Shown here: piece after piece, positions 13,374 to 24,810 of the stretch
Position numbering within the stretch: the stretch's first letter is position 1
Layout: each line of letters starts with the position of its first letter
From: Botryllus schlosseri
Lineage: Eukaryota
Direction of reading: 5' to 3'
DNA length: 64,000 nt
NCBI GenBank assembly: GCA_051294905.1
Contig: CM119372.1
Coordinates: forward strand, 1,924,001-1,988,000
Position numbers and translations under genes: made by a program
Notes under the pieces: model-generated
The model's input: only the letters and a program-made list of their open reading frames with translations
Told to the model about the DNA's origin: nothing
The model's database searches: none

Positions 13374-16300
13374 GAACCTCGTTTGGCGAATCCAATGCAT
13401 ACCGTCGGTGCAACGACTTCCTTTGGAATCTGCTTTCGAGTGGATCTATCAGGTCTCCGAATTATCCAACCGAGAGGAATGCCGTCGCATGTAAAAACTA
13501 CTACCTTTTTATAAGCAACTCGAGCTACAGCGTTTTCGAAATCGACGATATCAGCCTGTACTATACAAACCACGGGTCAAAGATCTGCTCGGCAACTCTG
13601 CTCTTCGGAAAATGTGAGTATAGAAATTGATCTCCGGTAGAGCAATGATAAAACTCTTCTCCTTTTCTTTGAAAACTCAAGTAATATGCCTCTACTTAAG
13701 CTATACTTATTCAAATGTAATACGCTACTATTTCTACTTGTATAAAGGTATAATTCGGTTCTGTGCCGTGAGGAAATTGACCTCTACAGATCGCTGTAAT
13801 TCAGTCAGAGAACTTTTTGTTCAATCAGTACGCCGACTCAGTACTTTCGTCAAAATTAGTTCACGCGTAAAACATCTCTATATAGATGTATGCGTGTGGG
13901 TATATGTATATGTACGGTTGTATCAATGAAATTTAAGTACAATGTAGGCTAATTCCGTATATTTAATGTACAAGTCCATGGCACTAAAACGAAACAGTGC
14001 ACGTATATTTATTTGATTCGAATTCTCAATAATAAGTCTTATACACGGGGCGCTCAGCAATCACGGATAGCATGGAGGAGAAAAAAACGGGGGCGCAGAC
14101 AAGATGACCTCATGGGGCCGTATCGCAACTCCGTCGTCAAAGCATCTCGATGGTGCAGGCGAAAAAGAATATCATATCTCTCTCTCTCTCATAAGCGCCA
14201 TTACCAGTATTTTATTATTAATAATTAGGGTTGCATTTAAAACAAACGGTGTTTTAAAACACTTTGTTTGAAACATGTTTTAAACAGTATTTTAAATAAA
14301 GGCCTTTTTGAAAAAAAAGTTGTGTTTTTTTAAATTAATTTTTAATAAAAATCATGCCATAATTGTGTAAATATTTTCCAAAAAACATGTTGTATGAGCC
14401 ATTGAGCCTACGGACAATTACCACCCGATACAGCCGACGTATATCGATATGGGATGGTTGGAACCCACAAAATAGTCGGCTCCACATTAATAGTACAGAT
14501 ATTTCGTCAAAGGGGCTATATTTACCCTATATTTTCAATTGTCAATGACAATCGACTATGACGTCACAATTGAATATTAGTGACGTCATGGATGAACAAA
14601 AAAAGACATGTTTTAAATTAGGGCCTTTTTTTAAACATGTTTGTTTTAAATTGGTTTTTGTTTCAAATGCAACCCTAATACTCTCGTTATTAATGCACTG
14701 CTTGATACTCTTCCACATCCAGTCGATACGCTCGCCAACTGTTGGCTCTCTGTTACAGATGAGGTACCCTGTGAAAACGATAATCCGTTTTGCGTAGTTT
14801 ACACGAACGACCGACATTGTTTATCGGATGGTTTACCAAGAAGATACTCTCACTGCTCGATATTTCATACCGATAGTTATTACGTTCCGGTAATACTAAA
14901 TTTTCGAGGAGGATATGGAAACGAGTCCCACTGCTCCGATGCCAATCCACGCAAGGACCCGTGCGATCTCACGCACACAATGACGTTTGCAAGGGGCGTG
15001 AACATGAGATACCAGCAAGTGTATTGCAGAAAAGGTGATCAATTTCAACAGTCTAGCAAGTATTTTTGTTGAAAAATGTGACGCGGTGTCTAAACTTGCC
15101 GTCATTTGATGGACATCGAGGTTGTACAAGCTTCCAACCTAGTTAGTTGACGGTCAACTAACCACTGCTTTTTTGAATGATATATACTCGTATTGAACAG
15201 ACCCGAATATTTTCGGCTGACACTCGTCAGGGGTAATCGTCAGCAACTAGTAGAGAATTGGAAAGAACATTGTACATAAGTGATTCCCAACCGCGGCTCC
15301 CATTGACGTTTGAAAATACCCCAAAAACATTAAAAAAATCAATGTATAGCAAAAAAATATAATTCATATTGAATAATTTACCCTTGCTTGGCTTGGAGTT
15401 TATAATTGAGGGTGAAGACTAATTCCCCTGCTGTCGAGCAGCGATTCTCTACTCAGCAACCATTTCGTTACTCAACTCGTCATATAAGTATACTCACACT
15501 CAAATGCGTTCTGATCGGCACTCAAATGTAAGTCAGCTCACGACCAGACTTAAGTGCAAGGGGTGGCACAACACATTTTCCGACGGTATCTGACCATCAA
15601 ACCAATGGATCATTTGATGCATGCAACTGGCTTATCTGCAACGTTATTGATGAGTTCAGCCGCCGCATTGGCGGAATGAATCCTCTTTTGCCCATAATGA
15701 AAATGTTTTCAAATCCTATTGCCGTTAATGTGGCTCTGCTAGTAATAATTATCAACTTGAGTTGCTAGACACGCAGTCCGATATCGAGCTCAAGCAATAA
15801 TTTAAAAGTGAAGACTTACTTGAATTTTGGAGTCAAGTTCAATAGGGAAAGTATCGCAATTTGATAGTCAAGGCCTAGAAAAACGATTCTCTGTTGTGAT
15901 CAACTTATGCATGTGAAGCACGTTTTAGTAAAATGTCAAGCGTCAAGCAACTACTTCGTAGTGCGTAGGCCTATACTGCATTCTCTGCAATTTCTCCTCG
16001 CTTTGACACACTTCTTGAAGCTCAAAGCCAATGCCAAGTTGGACATTAAATTGATTTGTGTACTTATTTCTTGTTAGTGTTGCTATTCGTTGGTACGTGC
16101 TTACATGCTTTATAATTTTTGTTATACCTGATGAGTCATCATACGTCGTAACTGCCATTGAATTTCGAATAATCGAGGCGAAGAGATCGCTTAAGCCCAA
16201 TGTGTATATTTTTAGATAGTACACGAACTCCCTCTGTTGGCAGGGCCGAAACAGCACTTCACCCCCTCCTCTCCCCCCAAAAAAAGAAGAGTTGGTCTTG

Positions 16301-19300
16301 GGCCCCCACTGAGTGATAAACCAAACTTTTTGCCGGCAGAGCTGAGTGAGGTGTTGTCTTGGAAAATGTATGGCCCCGTAAATAATAATTAAGCATATTC
16401 GAGCGGTTCCGTTGGTATAACGACTTCGTTTCATGATGTTATTTCGTGACTTCCTCTCTGCCATGTCGAAAGATATTGAAATCGACCAACCGCACTACCA
16501 AAAGACGCACACGATGTCAAATTGGTATTTCTTCACTAGCAAATACAATTTTTGCCTTCGGGGTGCATTTTTCTTGTGGGGTTCAGATTGCCAGGACAGG
16601 AACATTTGGTGCCAGCCATTTCAGTGCCTGAGCAATTAAACATATATGTATATCAACTTTTTCGGTCAGCATAACGACAGTCCTTTTCGACCAAGGTTTT
16701 CTGGGAGACGATCGTTCTGGTACACTTCTCGGAATCGCATGTTCGATGACCTAAAGCTTCATATGTCTTGGTGCATCGTGGCACCTTAATGACTGTCGAT
16801 TAAATGGATCATTTCTAGAAATCATGCGAATTTTTTTCTTGGAAGAAGAGTTCAAAAATCAAGATATGGACAACAATAAATCACGCGTAGCGCGAAAAAA
16901 GTTTCAATAAAGTTGCATAAATATTCAAAACAATGCTACATTATTTTTGTTAATTCAGGAAATAATTTTGGGCACTTTTCGAAATCGCCCCCACCTATTG
17001 GGGGATTTGGGGTGCGGCAGTCACGGTCCTGTCTGTTGGTAAAAACTAGGGTGACGTATTTTGATAAAAGTCGACTGCAAGGCCCATAAATGAAAGTGTG
17101 AACGGCCACTCTCCTCGACGTCATATGAATATATTATTCAATTGTACATTGAAGTTCTATACACCCCAGAAGCTCTTCAAATATAGTTCTAGTTGTTTAT
17201 TTAAAAAATATGAAAACACGTGTCGTCGTTTGGCGTGAATCGTGATACCTGTAATCGTGATATTTGTTGCGTGATGTTACTAAAGCCATTGCCAGCTCAG
17301 TCATTACTACTAACAGTGGTGTATAGACGCTATAGCCACAGGGTGGTTTTTAAGGTTAAGGCATAATATTAGTTCTAGTTCTAGTTGCGTGTGAGTGAGT
17401 GGTCCTAGTTCCAATTCTATAGCTGCGCATTTTGGACTCCGGTAATTTTTGCAAGTCAGATCGAGGATCTATCTTTTATTGCAGCGATTTTAAAGGATGT
17501 AATGTGAAATCTATTGTATTTCTTCGACTTTCAATTATATGGTAATTTCTTAGATCCTACCCTCAATTTGATCAGCAACTCCCAAACAACCACTCCAAAG
17601 ACGAAGCCCACTTTCAGTACAAGCGAGTCGGCCAGGATGCGGGAACCGGGTCAAAACAACGTCGATTCTGTTAAAAACGACGAAGTTGACGAGAGCGGGA
17701 GATATGCAATCATGTTTTCTGTAATCGGTGTCTGTGCCGTGTTATTGGCAGCCATTATAATGATAGTAGTGAGAAGGTATGTTGATTGTTTTCCAGATAT
17801 TATCATATGCTCGTATTTTACGTTGATGACAGGCTGTCATTGATAGCACATATACTGTCATACAGTTGTTAATGTCGTTGTAGTTGATGTTATTGTTGTT
17901 CAGTAGTCATGGTGTTTAGACAAATAGACATGTTGAGCCATTTTCACTGGGCTATATTCCCTATCACCATTAGGGCTCGGCAAAATCGAGTATACTTGAG
18001 TGATTCGAATAGAGTCGATGAGGTCATAACAGTAAATGAAAGACATGGAAAGTTCAAATACGTACTTTTTCTTGCGACTACATAGAACGCAGTGGTTCTC
18101 AAACTGGGGGGCGTGAAAGCATCTGAAAAGGGACCCGAAGCTGCAGACAACTGAGAAATTTTTCGCGCTTCGCGCGATTTACGTCGAATTCATAGTTATT
18201 GCTCTGTATATAATTTCATATATGAGGATTCACTCATCAACAGTCATAACCTTTCATGCCATCAAACTATCCGTTGGGATTGCTAGCATTCTGGTTGCAT
18301 TTTGTGACATGACGATAAGGGGCGCGGAATTTTCACTATCAAAAAGGGAGGCGTGTCTAGAAAAGTTAGAAAACCACTGACATATAATGAAAGGCCAGTT
18401 CTACATCTCATTGAAGAATATATGGTATTTTTTTCGATCGTAGGCCTACGTATTTCATTGCTCTTTGTGACAATGCTGTAGGTTAACCTCGTCGTTACAG
18501 ATATGTCATTTCCTCTATATGTTTGGTATGCTGCGATAAGACAAATCGAGGTTTGAAGGTCGAAACTATAATTTTCGTCATTAGAAAAAACGAATAGCGC
18601 ATCATTTGATTACTCGACAAATCATCTCTCACTACTCGGCTCGAATCATTCGAATTAATGTTCGGTTCAGATTCGAGTAGTCTGTTCGAATGTTAATTGA
18701 AGTGATTCGAGACTAGTACTCAAATTATATGCCCCTCGCCACTACGAATTATTTTATCAACGAGAATTTAGGCTCGATACTATGTTCCACTGTGGAAGGC
18801 CGTAAACCTCGATTGACAGTATCACGTCATACAGATTGGTAGTACAAAGCTGCGTACGTCAGTGAAAATTACGTTGTCATAAAGCGCAATTAAACACCTA
18901 TGGAAAAATACCAAATTATCCTTAATGTGATGTGGAACTGCCATTATATTCTTCGTGGTCGCTTATTTCAACTTTTCACATCATTCATATTCACATGACG
19001 TCGTGATTAGTGTTACTAGAATACGCGACTCGAAGCATATCACCCGATTCAGATTTCAAATCACTCAGGTATTAAACTTTGCCGATCCGCTGGTTGTAGC
19101 ATTGGAACGTGCAATTACGCTGAACCAACACCACTCCGTGCAGCAACATGAACTGATTGCAATTCCGAGTCAAACTATATTGCTAATTTGCTCAAGCATC
19201 AATCATTCGTAAATTACAATTGCCAACGCTTTTTTAATTGAACGTGATTACGCGCAGACGCAGTTTCACAAATGCCAGATCTCGAAAGCGCATGATGCGG

Positions 19301-19558
19301 AACCAAAGTTCCACGGCTACCATGGTGAACTCTATCATCTACGGGAGCAGGCGCGATGTCCACCCATCCACGCCTACTCAATCTTCCGCTGACGCGGAAA
19401 CTTCCAGACCAGGCGAAAGCGAATACTGCTACATTGACGTGGATCTCGGTAAAGCGGAACGGGAGGGAAACTTTCGCTTCGCGTGTCAATACAGACGACA
19501 CGGCTTGAGTTCTATGGCGAACGAGGAACGAAACAACATGTTGTACGAGGAGAAATGA
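13374..19558 (+). CDS. Single-pass type-I membrane protein with divergent CUB-like domain (paralog 2); first (signal-peptide) exon not resolved
   Basis: Exons 13374-13613, 14759-15034, 17554-17776, 19258-19558, with the same intron phases (1,1,1,2) as paralog 1. Shared motifs GSIRSPNYP, DISLYY, KICSA, PFCVVY.ND..C, RGVNMRY..C. TM YAIMFSVIGVCAVLLAAIIMIVV and a ~100-aa cytoplasmic tail with several Tyr. Confidence 0.85.
14226..14677. mobile_element. MITE (TAGGGTTGCATTT TIR)
   Basis: TIR TAGGGTTGCATTT / AAATGCAACCCTA with TTTAAA/AAAC subterminal repeats; no clear TSD. Confidence 0.65.
15201..15234 (-). ncRNA. Minimal type-I hammerhead ribozyme in a Penelope-type terminal repeat
   Basis: Minus strand ACCC-CUGACGA-GUGUCAGCC-GAA-AAUAUU-C-GGGU: conserved core, 4-bp stem I, palindromic stem III. 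Confidence 0.72.
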
Positions 19559-20158
19559 TTCGCACATCATGTTCCAAAGTTTCAATGTTTAGATGAGATA
19601 CCGGTTTGCATATAGTACCCCTACACGTTGAAATTAAACGTCGAAACCTATAATATTGTGAAAAGACTTCAGTTGATGATCAACCAATAAAATATTTCGT
19701 TCGAATGGAGAATTTATTCGGGAAAATTTAAAAACAATCATTTTTTCAAATTTAATTTTCCCTAATAAATTGAAAATTTTAATTGGATCTGCGTAGGCCT
19801 ATATTTGTTAGTATTGAACCGAATTTGGCGTGCTGCGTTTTTTAGGGTAACCCGACAATTTAATCAGCGAATGGCTGGAATCCGATAAAAAAGTTATTTT
19901 TGAATAGCCCTAATGCACATTTAAATATCTGACTCTAAAGAGGCCAGTGCCTCACCAGCGATGAACTTCGCCGTACGACACTGCGTCTGATGCCTTACTC
20001 AAAGTCCAGATTACTGGTATTCGAATAAACTGTGATAAAATAATAACACCATTAAAATATGATTTTCACAGAAATCGAACATATTATAACGAACATTCAT
20101 TGCAAATATGTATTTTATATATCTGCTGCTCCCATTCAGACACTAGTTCAGAAATAAA

Positions 20159-21450
20159 CAGAGGTGGTCAAAGTAGTCAAGAAAGCTACTCAAGTAGAAG
20201 TAGAAGTAGCGAAGAAAAAATCTACTCAAGTACAAGTAGAAGTACTTCTTTCATGAGCAACCTAAAACTACTTGAAGTAGAAGTAGAATTGACTGACTTT
20301 AAAAGTACTCAAGTAAGTAAGTAGTTGTGAAAACTATCCTGATTGGGTGGATTATAAAAAGGTGCAAATTGAGCTATGTGGTAGGTGACGAGCTTGATTC
20401 ATATTGATGCATACCAGCAGGTATACAATTTTCGATAGCATAAGCATAAGCATTCGTCCACATCATGGGATGAAAATGATAGTATTGATGAGGAAATGCG
20501 ATACTAATCCTGTTTTCTCGAACAACACGTTTTGGAAAATAGCATGGTATGGCGCCATCCCCCATATTATAAGGCCCGTAGTTTAGTCGAAGAGCAATAC
20601 GGAGAAGTTGTATAGGATACGGGGTAAACACTTTGCGCGATTAGTAAACGTTAATAAAAAATATGGTGGACCGTAACAATGCCATATTGTGTAGCTTTAT
20701 TTCCAGAAATTAAATGCAATACTGCAATTGCTTTTATACTTCAACATGTATGTTATTTGGACAAAAGAACTGATATTAATTATTATAACTCAAAGTATAT
20801 GATACTGTGAATTAGTGAAATATAAATACTACTTCCAAAAGCAGAATAGGTATTTCATGTTTTTAGTCCAGAAAGTTTCAAAGGTAGTATGCTAAAACAG
20901 CTCTAAAACAAAAACGTCAAAGTCCACTCTTCCAGATTAGGACACGCCATAGACATATGCTAGATTACGATATGACAAGAAAATGCTAGATTGCGAAACA
21001 TCAGTTTCAAACGTTTTGATGAGCCATATATACTGTGATGAATTATTTCATATGGGTGAAGGGCGACAATGTGGTGTGAACGGAACCACGCCAACCCCCC
21101 CACCTAACTAAATTACATTCACCGATACTTCCGTGAAATCATACTGGTCACTCCGTATCCACTGCGCACGACGAAAATTCTGTGATTTACTAAACTTTTA
21201 TGAAAATTAAATGTTAATATTCCGTGAAAACAGCTCCGAAATTCCTCAGGCTATCTTCTTGATTGGAAGATTGAACTACTTCTACTTGACAAACTGAAAA
21301 TAGCGAGAAGTAAGTAAGTAGATCACAAAATATTAAGAAGTAGAAGTAGAAGTGGCGAAAATCAGATCTACTTGAGTAAGTACCAGAAGTAGAGGAAAAC
21401 TACTTGAGTACTTCGTAAAAGTAGAAGTACTTCGTTACTGACCACCTCTG
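20159..21450. mobile_element. hAT-type non-autonomous element with AGTAGA subterminal repeats
   Basis: TIR CAGAGGTGGTCA / TGACCACCTCTG, perfect 8-bp TSD GAAATAAA. Confidence 0.88.
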
Positions 21451-21557
21451 GAAATAAATGCGATCTTTAAAACAGTAGAGATAGAATTATGATTTCAGAA
21501 TGACAGGGCTTCAAATTCGAACTCCAACCTCACGGCCTATAGGCTACCCCTGCATGG

Positions 21558-23397
21558 TAGGGATGGTGTGAACGTGAGGTTCACGTTTGCGTTATGTGTG
21601 TGAACCTCGGAAATTTAGAGGTTCGCGTTCACAACAGAACCCTGGTAGGTTCTGCACTGTGAACCTTTTGGTAAATTGTAATTTTCACTCCATTATAAGA
21701 TTTTTGGCTCAAATTTATTGCATTTCAACTGCGGGCCACTTCATGCATGGTGCTGGCAGCATAAAAAATAAACACTAAACGAGCATGCACCATGCACCTC
21801 GACAACCTTAAAAGTTTCACTTGCTTTGTTGCAAAAATTTTCTCGGAATATCCAGCTTTCTGTTTGTGAATATTTAGTGACTCTCTGCTGTGAGCTTGAC
21901 CCGCAATCGATATACGTAGTCATAGTCAGCGAATGATGCTTATTCAACCAATCAATGACATTGATATCGTCTTCTGATGCAAAAAATCGAACGGTCGTAC
22001 TGAGTCAATCTTGACTTCACATCTTTACTGTATTATTAAAACTAGGGATGGTGTGAACCTCTGAAAGGTTCAGGTTCGTGTGAACGCGAACCATTTTCAA
22101 AGGTTCTGTGTGAACGCGAACGTGAACCCCATGACGTCACGTTACGACATATTGCTAATTCCAACCGTACATTTCAGTGAACATTTCAGCGACGACTCGG
22201 GCCACATAATGCCACACTGCTGAAGTACATATTGACGTTTTAAACGTCACCAAATGCATCAACTGGGGCAATCAAATGATATAATAATCCCATAAAATCA
22301 ATATCTTCTGCCACTTTGCCACGAATTTCGACTAGGACTTGCAAGGGAATATAAGCTTACGTCTTAACGGTCTAGGCCAGATCGGACAATGTATTCGGCG
22401 TCCGAGTGTTGCTACGTTAATATTGAGCAGAGTGAAGAACGGGTTTCAGTACTTGCTACCGATATTACCCCATTAACAAGTTATACAGCAGCAGCCAACA
22501 CCCCTATCGCACGGATTTGGATTTTATGATGCAATAAACATATAAAATCAAGATTGACCCCGTACACCTGATAGATTTTTTACATCAGATAACGATATCA
22601 ATTTCATTGATTGGTTAAAAAAGCATCATTCACTGACTACCTATAATTGTAGTGTGTTGCGCTCTTGATGTTGATTTTTTTATGCTGCCAGCGCGATGCA
22701 TAGAGTGGTGCGAAGTTGAAATGCAAAGAATTTCCACCAAAGATGTTATAATGACGTGAAAAATGGTAATATATGAAAAAGGTTCGCAGTGCAGAACCTA
22801 CCAAGGTTAGTTTGTGAACGTGAACCTCTGAATTTCTGAAGTTCACACACAGAACGCGAACGTGAACCTCACGTTCACACCATCCCTAATTAAAACCAAA
22901 TCCGTGCGATTAAGGTGCTTGCTACTGCTGCATAACTTGTTGTTTGTGGTATCGGTAGCTAGTATAGAAACCCGTTGTACACTCTGCTCAATATCAATGT
23001 AGCAATACTCAGACTCCGAACACATTGTCCGGTCTGGCTAAGACCGTTAAGGCGTAAGCTTATATTCCTTGGTAAGTCCTCGTCGAATTGTTGGCAAAGC
23101 GACGGAATGTACTGATTTTATGCAATTATTAGGCTATATCCTTTGATTACCGTTGTTGATACATTTAGCGACGTTTAAAATGCCGATATGTACTTCAGCA
23201 TTGTGGCATTATGTGGGCCGAATCTTCGCTAGGTATCGTGTACATTAATATAGGGCATGGGCTATCACTTCATTGAAAGAAAGGGTTGGAATTAGCAATA
23301 TGACGTCACGAGGTTCACGTTCGTGTTCACACAGAACCTTTCAAAAAGGTTCGCGTTCACGCGAACCTGAACCTTTCAGAGGTTCACACCATCCCTA
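21558..23397. mobile_element. MITE (TAGGGATGGTGTGAAC family) containing a nested copy of its own family
   Basis: Outer TSD CTGCATGG. Inner inverted copy 22043-22888 with TSD ATTAAAAC. Third partial copy at ~53295-54039. Confidence 0.92.
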
Positions 23398-23721
23398 CTG
23401 CATGGTCAAGACGGGCGTTTCATGTGTATAAGATGAGAGTGTGTCCTTCCTGACGTCCACGCACCGATCAAGAACCACTGATGTTTGACGCTACTACGAT
23501 TGGACAATTCATTATGCACCGACGATCGAAGTTCATACTGTTAGGAGAAGTGGAGCGTGTAAATCCGACGTTTCTGCTAACAATAACCTGACATAATATA
23601 GCACCGTAACTTGTCCACGTGTGTTCAGTTTATAAGCCCGTGTAGAAGTAGAGGGTAATCGTTCTTTTACAAAGAAATCGATTAGGCATGTGCAATAATC
23701 GATTGCAAATGCTCGAAAATG

Positions 23722-24089
23722 CAGGGTTGGAATGACTCGAGTCAAGATTTTCTGTTCACTCGAGTCATTTTCTCAAAAGACGGAAATGACTCGACTCGGG
23801 ACACAGACGGCCAAGACCGATATTTCATCGTGATTTCTAAGAATAGTAAAGTAACGACCCTATTGGGATTTCGTCTATTGGTAGGCCCTACTAGTACTTG
23901 AAATTGCGATCAGAAACTGCTAAAAGTGAGGAAAACTTGTATATTATAAATGTGAGCCATTCAATATCACCATAGTTATAAAAAGTGAGTTCAACAAGAT
24001 TTTAACTGAAAACTGAGCAGTCAACACATTGACTTGAACTCGAGTCGAAACTACAAGTGAAATTGACTTGCGACTTGGTTACGACCCTG
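23722..24089. mobile_element. MITE of the GACTCGAGTC-rich family
   Basis: TIR CAGGGTTG.AA / TTACGACCCTG, perfect TSD CGAAAATG. Relatives at ~10070-10216, 32290-32625, 33189-34235, 35275-35789 and 36300-36806. Confidence 0.85.
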
Positions 24090-24399
24090 CGAAAATGCTG
24101 TAACCCTCGTAATCGATCACTAATTATGAACAACCCAGGTCTGCTCGCCACTCAACACTCGATCTTGCCCGACCTGCTCGTTTCACACCAGGGCTTCGGA
24201 GCAGCCGTAAATTTGCATTGCTCCAGCGCTTTCTTCTATCATACATCAGCTCCGGAGCAGCATTATTACCACTGCTCCGGCTCTGAAAACCATCGAAGGT
24301 GTCTGTCTGTATCAGGGGTGAGCAACCCGCGGCCCTCTGAATCAAAAGCGCACAAGTACAACACACGCGGGTCCACGTCGTCCAAATATTATATGATCG

Positions 24400-24810
24400 A
24401 CCGAAAAGATCATCGCTCTATCAAATATGCCGGACCTGATGTGTGGAACAGTATATCCCGCCGGCCATCCGACAGTCGACGAGCATGTCCACATTCAAGT
24501 CGAAATACAAGCAATTACTACTAAATAGATACAGTCCATCCTCAAGATTACCGGACCACAACTGACCTATCGATCTCGCTTCCCATGACATGCCGCCCTA
24601 TTTCTTGTCGCTTTCTTTTTCTATACTATCTTCTTTACTTTCATTCAGTGTGCATGCCTCCTCTTTACATCGCATAGGCCAAGGTGGGTGTCAGATTCCA
24701 TAGACTACTCCTTGTCGCTTCGACATCTTCCTGTCTTTTCATTGTATCGCATTTTTGTGGTGTATTGAACTGATAAAATTGCTAATAAACCAATGATGAT
24801 AATGATGACA
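24400..24810 (+). mobile_element. 5'-truncated CR1/L2-type LINE 3' end
   Basis: SIKYAGPDVWNSI ORF2 C-terminal motif, 3' UTR and (TGA)n tail; 24527-24810 recurs nearly identically at ~60136-60414. Confidence 0.75.

Noticed and set aside
20160..20325. CRISPR-like or Ser-rich coding repeat (AGTAGA units)
   Set aside because: These are subterminal repeats of a TIR element with no repeat-spacer periodicity, in a eukaryotic context.
22843..23025. ORF peptide ESEYCYID is identical to the ITIM region of CUB gene 2
   Set aside because: It lies in a non-coding MITE, codons differ at most positions and there is no flanking similarity. An 8-aa match among all six-frame translations can plausibly be chance.
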